From positions 1 through 36,240 of the forward strand of contig DAIDJT010000002.1 of NCBI GenBank assembly GCA_027451265.1: a stretch of 36,240 bases of DNA, written 5' to 3'. Under the pieces are notes generated by a model. It was not told where the DNA came from, searched no databases, and worked only from the letters and a program-made list of their open reading frames with translations. Origin of the DNA: Bacteroidales bacterium. GTDB lineage: Bacteria; Bacteroidota; Bacteroidia; Bacteroidales; VadinHA17. Made by a program: the position numbers and the translations under genes. Of the stretch, positions 17,391 through 24,766 are shown one piece after another (the stretch's first letter is position 1; every line of letters starts with the position of its first letter).

Positions 17391-17843
17391 ATGAGAATAG
17401 TTGTACAAAGAGTGCGGAGTGCCTCCGTGACTATTGACGGGAAGATACATTCAACCATAGGCACCGGGTTGCTGGTGCTTGCCGGCATCGAGGAGGCTGA
17501 CACACCTGAGGATGCGGCATGGCTGGCTGCCAAGACTGTCAATCTGCGCCTGTTTGATGACAGCAACGGAGTAATGAATCTCTCGGCCGCTGAGACCGGA
17601 AGCGATATTATGATTGTCAGCCAGTTCACTCTTCATGCCTCGACCAGAAAGGGAAACAGGCCGTCATACATCCGCGCGGCAAGACCGGAAAAAGCGGTTC
17701 CTGTGTATGAGGAGTTCATTGCCCGCACAGAGGAAATGCTGGGCAAAAAAACGGCCACCGGAATATTCGGGGCAATGATGGATATTGAGCTGGTCAACAA
17801 CGGCCCGGTAACAATTATCATTGACAGCAGGAACAGGGAATGA
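17391..17843 (+). CDS. dtd: D-aminoacyl-tRNA deacylase
   Basis: MRIVVQRV..., VSQFTL, GNRPSY, FGAMMDIELVNNGPVTIIID; 150 aa from ATG 17391. Confidence 0.9.
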   Translation: MRIVVQRVRSASVTIDGKIHSTIGTGLLVLAGIEEADTPEDAAWLAAKTVNLRLFDDSNGVMNLSAAETGSDIMIVSQFTLHASTRKGNRPSYIRAARPEKAVPVYEEFIARTEEMLGKKTATGIFGAMMDIELVNNGPVTIIIDSRNRE

Positions 17844-19216
17844 CAGAAAAAGAGATTAAGCGGTCAGTGCTGACAGTCACGGCCTTTGCATCCTTTTTAA
17901 CTCCCTTCATGGGCTCCTCGGTCAACCTGGCACTTCCTTCAATAGGCGATGAGTTCGGCCTCAATGCCGTTACTCTTAACTGGATCATAAGCAGCTACAT
18001 GCTGACCACCTCGATGCTGCTGCTTCCCGCAGGAAGGGCCGGCGACATACTCGGACGAAGAAAGGTATTCACGGCCGGACTGGTTGTCTTTACCGTCTCC
18101 ATGATCCTCCTCACCTTCACCCCTGGCATCAGGTGGCTGATAGGTACCAGGATTCTGCAGGGCATCGGCGGGGCAATGATGTTCGGCACCAATATGGCCA
18201 TTCTGACATCAGTATTTCCACCGGGAGAAAGAGGGCGTGCAATGGGTATCAACGTGACGGCAGTCTATATAGGCCTTGCCTCCGGTCCGTTCCTGGGCGG
18301 GTTGCTGACACGGTACCTTGGCTGGCGTAGCATCTTTGCCTTCCTGGTACCCATGGGTATAATAAGCCTGGTCCTTATCCGTACCAGGATGAAGCGCGAA
18401 TGGGCAGAAGCAAAGGGAGAGAGCTTTGACTGGGCAGGATCGGTCATTTACGGCATCTCCATGGCGGCACTTATGTACGGCTTCTCAAAGCTGCCATCGG
18501 TACACGGGTGGGTTATCACTGCAACCGGGCTTGTTCTCTTGCCTCTGTTCGTAGTCAGGGAAAAGATGGCGGTTCACCCCTTGTTTGAGGTGACGCTGAT
18601 TTCACGGAACAGGGTATTTGCCTTCTCAAGCCTGGCGGCGCTGATCCATTATGCAGCCACCAGCGCCATCGGGTTCTTTCTGAGCCTGTTCCTGCAGTAC
18701 ATCAGGGGCCTTGGCCCGCGCGAGGCCGGACTGGTTCTTATGTCATGGCCCCTGACTATGGCCCTGATATCGCCGGCAGCAGGAAAACTTTCAGACAGTC
18801 ATAACCCGGGAGTGCTTGCCTCTATCGGCATGGCCATCACCTCAGCCGGGCTGATAATGCTCTGTTTCCTGAATGAGCAGACATCCGTGCCATTCATTGT
18901 GACTGTGCTTGTGATAATGGGTGCCGGTTTTTCGCTCTTCTCATCGCCAAACTCCAATGCAATAATGAGCTCCGTGGAGAAGAGACAGCTCGGAAATGCT
19001 TCGGGAATGCTGGGGACCATGAGAAACGTGGGCCAGACCTTCAGCATGGCAATAGCGCTGATGCTCCTGGCTCTGTACATGGGCCAGGAAAAAATCAACC
19101 CCTCCAATTACCCGCAATTGATGAATTCGATGAAGAGCGGATTCATTGTCTTCTCCATCCTCTGCTTTGCCGGAATATTCGCTTCGCTGGCAAGAAATAA
19201 AAGCCTTCGCAAATAA
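17840..19216 (+). CDS. MFS transporter, 14-TM DHA2-like (drug:H+ antiporter type)
   Basis: 458 aa with ~14 hydrophobic segments. MFS signature GRAGDILGRRKVF between TM2 and TM3. The ATG overlaps the dtd stop (ATGA). Confidence 0.8.
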   Translation: MTEKEIKRSVLTVTAFASFLTPFMGSSVNLALPSIGDEFGLNAVTLNWIISSYMLTTSMLLLPAGRAGDILGRRKVFTAGLVVFTVSMILLTFTPGIRWLIGTRILQGIGGAMMFGTNMAILTSVFPPGERGRAMGINVTAVYIGLASGPFLGGLLTRYLGWRSIFAFLVPMGIISLVLIRTRMKREWAEAKGESFDWAGSVIYGISMAALMYGFSKLPSVHGWVITATGLVLLPLFVVREKMAVHPLFEVTLISRNRVFAFSSLAALIHYAATSAIGFFLSLFLQYIRGLGPREAGLVLMSWPLTMALISPAAGKLSDSHNPGVLASIGMAITSAGLIMLCFLNEQTSVPFIVTVLVIMGAGFSLFSSPNSNAIMSSVEKRQLGNASGMLGTMRNVGQTFSMAIALMLLALYMGQEKINPSNYPQLMNSMKSGFIVFSILCFAGIFASLARNKSLRK

Positions 19217-19311
19217 TTTGATTTTTATTTGCTTTTCACTAAAAACAACTAAATTGACCCGCGTTTGACGGCAGTCAGACATGCTGTTGCCGATCATATA
19301 TAATACACATT

Positions 19312-20184
19312 ATGAGCAAATTATATAAAAAACTCTTAAATAACGATTACTCGCCGGGCGAGATGGGCGAATGCATTGCCGAGGCAAAACGGACACCCGG
19401 CACTGTTGAGAGGGCTCCGATCCTCCGGGAGATTTTTTCTTTTCTCGATCTCACCAGCCTCAACACTTCGGACAGTGATGCCACTATCCGGAGCTTTGCG
19501 GAGAGAACCGCCCAGTTCGGTTATCACTACCATGACATCAGCAATGTGGCAGCTCTGTGCGTCTACCCCAATTTTGCAAAGGTGGCACATGAGGAGCTCG
19601 GCAACTGCGGTGTAAGGCTGGCAGTGGTGGCAGCCTCTTTTCCAACCGCCCAGACATTCACCGAAGTGAAGATACTTGAAACTTCCATGGCGGTCAGGAT
19701 GGGCGCAGATGAGATTGATGTGGTCATTCCTGTGGGCACTTTCCTTAAAGGCGATCTTGACGCAGTTATTGATGAACTGAAGGCCATCAGGGAAGCGGCA
19801 GGTGAGACTACCCTCAAGGTGATCCTGGAAACAGGGCTGCTCAAGGATGAAAGGAACATATACAGGGCTTCCATAATTGCAATGGAATCAGGCGCTGACT
19901 TTGTGAAGACATCTACCGGCAAGAGCAGCGTGTCAGCCACTCCGGAAGCCGCCTGGGTTATCTGCAGGGCGATACGTGACTATTACAATGAGACCGGCAT
20001 AATGATCGGATTCAAGCCTGCCGGCGGCATTGTAACCCCGGATGATGCCATTATCTATTACCTGATTGTCAGGAACATGCTTGGCGCGAAATGGCTCACT
20101 CCCGATTATTTCAGGATAGGTGCCTCACGTCTGGCCAATAATATTCTGACAGAGCTTTACCCCGGCAAGCCGGCTTATTTCTGA
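19312..20184 (+). CDS. deoC: deoxyribose-phosphate aldolase (long form)
   Basis: TIM-barrel aldolase motifs IDVVIP, LKVILETG and the Schiff-base lysine context DFVKTSTGK; ~290 aa. Confidence 0.8.
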   Translation: MSKLYKKLLNNDYSPGEMGECIAEAKRTPGTVERAPILREIFSFLDLTSLNTSDSDATIRSFAERTAQFGYHYHDISNVAALCVYPNFAKVAHEELGNCGVRLAVVAASFPTAQTFTEVKILETSMAVRMGADEIDVVIPVGTFLKGDLDAVIDELKAIREAAGETTLKVILETGLLKDERNIYRASIIAMESGADFVKTSTGKSSVSATPEAAWVICRAIRDYYNETGIMIGFKPAGGIVTPDDAIIYYLIVRNMLGAKWLTPDYFRIGASRLANNILTELYPGKPAYF

Positions 20185-20192
20185 ATTGAGTC

Positions 20193-21050
20193 ATGACCAA
20201 CGGTCCGGGCGATACAATCAGTGTTGCCGCTGACACTCTCCCACTGCCTGCCCCGCAGGCTGAGTTCAGCATAGGCCGGATCATCCCCCTGGTATCCTCT
20301 GCCGATAAGGTATATACGGAGAAAGAGGGTGTTACGGGTCTTACAACGGATTATATCTCCGGCCTGAGGCGCGTTGAAGGGCAGCCCAGGCCGCCCGGGC
20401 CTGTGAACACTGACATGAGCTTCATAATTCTGTCGATTTCCCTGCTGCTCATCACAGTGCTGACAGCCTTCAGCCGCAGGAGCATCATCGCAGGCCTTTC
20501 ATCAATCAGCTTCCGCAGGCATGAAGCCATTGTGCCTGCAGGCACTTCAGAGGTCCTGACATGGCCTCCCATACTAAGAAACCTGTTTGCCGTCATGAAT
20601 GTCAGCCTTTTTGCTGCCACCGCGCTCCTGGTGCCGGGCCTGGCTGACCGCAGTCTCTTTAACGGCCCCGCGGGCCTGACAGCTATCCTTGCAGGCTCCT
20701 TCCTTTCAACCCTCCTTCTGAGACATCTCTCATGCATCGTCCTGGCAGGGATCAGTGGCTTCAAAAGCCTCTTCCGGGAATATATGACCGTTATTTACAA
20801 TGCATGGTTCGCGTGTTCGGTTATTCTGTTCATACTTAACGGAGTAATCCTGTTTGCTCCCTTGAAGAACACCCTCCCGTTCATAATCACTGGACTTATT
20901 GTTATAGCTATATTTCTATTAATCAGAGCACTAAGACTCCTTTCAATTTTTCATGACAGGCATGTTTCAGTTTTTTATTTCATTTTGTACCTTTGTGCCC
21001 TTGAAGTTCTGCCCGTAATGGTCATTCTAAAAATACTTGGCATCTTCTGA
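20193..21050 (+). CDS. DUF4271-like polytopic membrane protein
   Basis: A ~75-aa soluble N-terminus is followed by ~6 TM helices. It sits directly upstream of a HemD-like gene, the usual Bacteroidota context for DUF4271 as I recall it. Confidence 0.55.
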   Translation: MTNGPGDTISVAADTLPLPAPQAEFSIGRIIPLVSSADKVYTEKEGVTGLTTDYISGLRRVEGQPRPPGPVNTDMSFIILSISLLLITVLTAFSRRSIIAGLSSISFRRHEAIVPAGTSEVLTWPPILRNLFAVMNVSLFAATALLVPGLADRSLFNGPAGLTAILAGSFLSTLLLRHLSCIVLAGISGFKSLFREYMTVIYNAWFACSVILFILNGVILFAPLKNTLPFIITGLIVIAIFLLIRALRLLSIFHDRHVSVFYFILYLCALEVLPVMVILKILGIF

Positions 21051-21092
21051 CCGGCGGCATGAATGTGAAGGTTGAACTAAAAACTTAAGGCT

Positions 21093-21842
21093 TTGAAAAT
21101 AAGGAAGGTATTAGTGTCGCAGCCTGAGCCGAACAATCCGAAATCGCCATATTTCGAGCTCGCAAAAAAATATAACCTGAAGATTGACTTCAAACAGTTT
21201 ATCCAGATTGAAGGCATTCCCTCGAAGGATTTCAGACAGCAAAAGATCAACCTTGCTGATTTCACTGCAATTATTTTCACGTCAAAGACTGCAATAGACC
21301 ATTATTTCAGGATTTGCGAGGAGATGCGCATCACCGTGCCTGACACCATGAAATATTTCTGCATTACTGAGAACGTGGCGTTTTACCTGCAGAAATATAT
21401 TGTCTACCGCAAGCGGAAGATTTTTCATGGCAAGGCCAACTTTGAAGACCTCATTGACGTGATCATCAAACACAAGGAGGAGAATTTCTTTGTTCCCCTG
21501 TCAGACCCTCACAAATCAGATATTCCGGAACTGCTTGCAAAGCATAAGATCAGGCATACGATCGGTACAATGTACCGTACCATCAGCAGGGATTTTGACT
21601 CCAAGGAACTGGATTATGACCTGATCGTTTTCTTCAGCCCTTCGGGGATAAAGTCACTCAAGGAAAACTTCCCGACGTTCGTGCAGGGCGAGGTGAAGAT
21701 TGCTGCCTTTGGCCCAACCACTGCCGAGGCAGTCACAAACGAGGGTTTCAGGCTTGACCTCCAGGCCCCCAATCCCAAGGCACCATCAATGACAATGGCC
21801 ATTGACAACTTCCTGAAGGAATTTAACAAGAACCACAAATAG
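21093..21842 (+). CDS. uroporphyrinogen-III synthase family (HemD-like) protein, apparent TTG start
   Basis: MKIRKVLVSQPEPNNPKSPYFELAKKYNLKIDF..., IFTSKTAIDHYF, VFFSPSGIKSL, FGPTTAEA. There is no in-frame ATG between the stop at 21078..21080 and the conserved N-terminus. Confidence 0.8.
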   Translation: MKIRKVLVSQPEPNNPKSPYFELAKKYNLKIDFKQFIQIEGIPSKDFRQQKINLADFTAIIFTSKTAIDHYFRICEEMRITVPDTMKYFCITENVAFYLQKYIVYRKRKIFHGKANFEDLIDVIIKHKEENFFVPLSDPHKSDIPELLAKHKIRHTIGTMYRTISRDFDSKELDYDLIVFFSPSGIKSLKENFPTFVQGEVKIAAFGPTTAEAVTNEGFRLDLQAPNPKAPSMTMAIDNFLKEFNKNHK

Positions 21843-21869
21843 CACCGGAAAAACATATAACAATACCGG

Positions 21870-21906
21870 AAGCATCCATCCACCCGGATTGATGCTTTCT
21901 TTTTTT
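21870..21906 (+). terminator. hairpin plus T-tract after the HemD-like gene, ending 3 nt before the rnpA ATG
   Basis: AAGCATC-c-ATCC accc GGAT-t-GATGCTT gives 7 + 4 bp. It is followed by TCTTTTTTT. Confidence 0.55.
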
Positions 21907-21909
21907 ACA

Positions 21910-22302
21910 ATGAAAAAGCGGACGGCATCATTCAAAAAAGGCGAGAGGCTCTGCGGGGTGAAAGCCATCAGTGAGCTTTTTGCAGAGGGACGATCCCTGA
22001 ATCTGCCATCAGTAAGGGTGATCATCCGGTTCACCCCTTCCATCACAGGATCTGAACCCGTCAGAGTGCTTATCACTGTGCCGAAAAGACATTTTAAAAA
22101 AGCCGTCGACCGCAACCTCATTAGAAGAAGAATCAGGGAGGCCTGGCGGAAAAACAAGGAACCTCTCATCATGCTCATGAAGGAAAAAGGACGTCACGCT
22201 GACATTGCAATTATCTGGACTGATACAATGATTAAACCTTACGCATTCACCGAGAGATGCATTGCTGAGGTGATTGCAAGAGTATCAGGGCTTAAATATT
22301 AA
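21910..22302 (+). CDS. rnpA: ribonuclease P protein component
   Basis: Basic ~130-aa protein with FKKGERL and the RNR-type motif KKAVDRNLIRRRIREAWR. ATG 21910 is preferred because TTG 21889 and ATG 21892 lie inside the upstream hairpin. Confidence 0.8.
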   Translation: MKKRTASFKKGERLCGVKAISELFAEGRSLNLPSVRVIIRFTPSITGSEPVRVLITVPKRHFKKAVDRNLIRRRIREAWRKNKEPLIMLMKEKGRHADIAIIWTDTMIKPYAFTERCIAEVIARVSGLKY

Positions 22303-22321
22303 CTTTGTGAAAATTCTATTT

Positions 22322-23995
22322 ATGAGAGGCAGGAATATAAAGAAAATAGCACTCGTTCCGATAATAGCCCTGGCTGCTGTGGTGACCCTGGGATTTCTCA
22401 TGGGCGGGCAGGATAACAAGGACTTCAGGCTTACGAAGAACCTCGACATATATATCTCACTCTTCAGGGAGCTGAATGCGTTCTATGTGGATGAGATAGA
22501 CCCGGAGAAACTTGTTACAAAGAGCATTAACAGCATGCTTGCAACACTTGATCCGTATACGGTTTACTACCCCGAGGAGGAGACCGGTGACCTGGACTTC
22601 ATGACAACCGGCAAATACGGAGGGTTTGGTTCTCTTATCAGGAAGTCAGGAGATTATATCCTGGTTACAAACGTATATCAGGGTTTCCCTGCCGACAGGA
22701 GCGGCATCAGGCCGGGAGATCTTATGATCAGTATTGACGGCACTTCCCTGAAGGGCGTTTCTTCCGACAAGGCTTCTGATATGCTAAAAGGCGAGCCCGG
22801 CACCGAGGCGGAGATTACTATCAGACGAAACGGCCAGGATATTCCTAAAAAGCTCAAAAGGGAAAGAATAGCCATCTCTGCCGTTCCGTATTACGGGATG
22901 GTTGACGAAAACACCGGTTATATCCGGTTCACCAACTTCACCCAGAACTGCATCGCAGAGGTACGGGAGGCACTGATTGACCTTAAGGAAAAACAGGGGG
23001 CCGAGGATCTGATCCTCGACCTGAGAAGCAATCCGGGAGGCCTTGTAAACGAAGCCGTTGAGATCGTCAATCTCTTCGTCAGGCCTGGCCAGGAGGTGGT
23101 AAGCACCAGGGGCCGGGCAAAACAGTATGATGTGGTTTTCCGGACAGGCAAGGCAGCTGTAGCACCCGATATGCCCGTGGTAGTGCTGATAAACAGGAGC
23201 TCTGCATCCGCGTCAGAAATTGTTGCAGGTGCCCTCCAGGATCTTGACCGCGGAGTCATTGTCGGAGAAAGGTCATACGGAAAGGGGCTGGTACAGGTTG
23301 CCAGGCCACTCAGCTATAAGGCACAGGTCAAGATGACCACAGCCAGGTATTACATCCCCAGCGGAAGATGCATACAGGCAGTGGATTTCTCACACCGCAA
23401 TGAAGACGGAAGCGTGGGAGCAATTCCCGATTCGCTGATAAAAACCTTCAGAACAAAAAACGGCAGACCCGTAAAGGACGGGGGCGGAATCATCCCTGAT
23501 GTCTCCGTGCCGTCAGACATGCTCAACAGGTTCACCAGTGAACTCTATGTGCAGAACATGATATTTGACTTTGCAACCGGATACTACTGGTCGCATCCCC
23601 GGCCTTCAGTCCTTGACAGCCTGAAAATCACCGGCGAAGACCTTGAGCAGTTCAAAATATTCCTTTCAGAAAAGAAATTTGAATACAAGACCGACTCGGA
23701 GAGCATCCTGGAGGAGCTGGCAAAAACAGCCGCGGAAGAGGGCCTGTATGATTCAAACAGGGAGGAGATGGAGAAGCTGAAAACAGGGCTCAGCCATACC
23801 CTCGGGAGAGAAATGACGATTTACAGGCAGGATGTGACAGAACTGCTTGAATCAGAGCTTGCCGGAAGATATTTTTATGACTGGGGCATGGTAGAGTATT
23901 CAATCAGCCGCGACACCCAGATAAAAAAGGCGATAGACATTACTGCCGACAGGGCGCAGTATGCATCGCTTCTCCGTGTTCCTGCAGGTATCTGA
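22322..23995 (+). CDS. S41 family C-terminal processing peptidase with PDZ domain
   Basis: Signal/anchor IALVPIIALAAVV, PDZ GIRPGDLMISIDG, SNPGGLV, catalytic Ser context NRSSASASEIVAGALQD, Lys context SYGKGLVQ. The start is set at ATG 22322, since the longer ORF overlaps rnpA. Confidence 0.85.
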   Translation: MRGRNIKKIALVPIIALAAVVTLGFLMGGQDNKDFRLTKNLDIYISLFRELNAFYVDEIDPEKLVTKSINSMLATLDPYTVYYPEEETGDLDFMTTGKYGGFGSLIRKSGDYILVTNVYQGFPADRSGIRPGDLMISIDGTSLKGVSSDKASDMLKGEPGTEAEITIRRNGQDIPKKLKRERIAISAVPYYGMVDENTGYIRFTNFTQNCIAEVREALIDLKEKQGAEDLILDLRSNPGGLVNEAVEIVNLFVRPGQEVVSTRGRAKQYDVVFRTGKAAVAPDMPVVVLINRSSASASEIVAGALQDLDRGVIVGERSYGKGLVQVARPLSYKAQVKMTTARYYIPSGRCIQAVDFSHRNEDGSVGAIPDSLIKTFRTKNGRPVKDGGGIIPDVSVPSDMLNRFTSELYVQNMIFDFATGYYWSHPRPSVLDSLKITGEDLEQFKIFLSEKKFEYKTDSESILEELAKTAAEEGLYDSNREEMEKLKTGLSHTLGREMTIYRQDVTELLESELAGRYFYDWGMVEYSISRDTQIKKAIDITADRAQYASLLRVPAGI

Positions 23996-24109
23996 TTGAG
24001 GTTTATACCTGCGGTGAGGGCCGAAGGTACAGATTTGCCGCCGGGAAATCCATGATACACACCTTCATCAGCAGAGGTACTTCTTCAACAATCCCCTGGC
24101 GACCTGATC

Positions 24110-24511
24110 TCAGAAGAGTTCCTTCTTCCAGATCGGAAGCCGCTCCTTGATCATCTCAAGGGTGTGGCGGCACGCGCGTGTACCCTGATCACGGTGACCA
24201 GAGGTGACCATTATGAACAGCGAGGCCTCCCCGGCTTTAACAAGTCCCAGGGAATGAACAATTATTACTGACCTTACATCGCTGAAGGCTGACTTTACCG
24301 TTCTGACTATCTCATCCGCCTCCTTCCCGGCCATCTCTTCATAGGCTGAGTACTCTATAGCCGTCACCCTGCGGCCTGCGGCCTCATCATCGCGTACCCT
24401 GCCGATGAAAATTGAGACAGCGCCTGTGCCGGTATCATCATTCCCAAGCGTCATCAGTTCGGAAACAAGAATAGGTGTGATTGGCCCCCCTACCAAATAC
24501 CTGTTTTTCAT
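24110..24511 (-). CDS. moaE: molybdopterin synthase catalytic subunit MoaE (short C-terminus)
   Basis: GAVSIFIGRVRD, TAIEYSAYEEMA, SLFIMVTSGHRD, LKERLPIWKKE. The start is taken at ATG 24511 (MKNRYLVGGPI). Confidence 0.75.
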   Translation of the reverse strand: MKNRYLVGGPITPILVSELMTLGNDDTGTGAVSIFIGRVRDDEAAGRRVTAIEYSAYEEMAGKEADEIVRTVKSAFSDVRSVIIVHSLGLVKAGEASLFIMVTSGHRDQGTRACRHTLEMIKERLPIWKKELF

Positions 24512-24527
24512 GGTCTGAATGTGTGTT

Positions 24528-24764
24528 TCAGCCTCCCTGGAAAGGAGGCAGTATTGCAATTATATCACTTTTTTGTAAAACTGACTCCTCTTTAAGCAAA
24601 GTCCTGTTCAGGGCCATCCTGAACGGTAATCGTGCAAGATCCGGGTACCTGGTGATCAGCTGGCGTCGCAGTGATGCCGTATCTCCGGCAAGGAATTCTT
24701 CTTCCTTCCTGCCTGTTGTTGCCTCCGCAGCACCAAAATAAAGGACTGTTACACTGATATCCAT
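24528..24764 (-). CDS. moaD: molybdopterin synthase sulfur-carrier subunit MoaD (ubiquitin-like, C-terminal GG)
   Basis: 78 aa from ATG 24764: VLYFG...E..G, D.IAILPPFQGG with a terminal Gly-Gly. A TTG at 24770 would overlap the polA stop. Confidence 0.75.
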   Translation of the reverse strand: MDISVTVLYFGAAEATTGRKEEEFLAGDTASLRRQLITRYPDLARLPFRMALNRTLLKEESVLQKSDIIAILPPFQGG

Positions 24765-24766
24765 TC

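Noticed and set aside
23984-24012. Hairpin GCAGGTAT-N13-ATACCTGC at the convergent S41/moaE junction
   Set aside because: The 8-bp stem has a 13-nt loop and no T-tract on either strand. One arm lies inside the S41 coding sequence. This is not enough to call a terminator.
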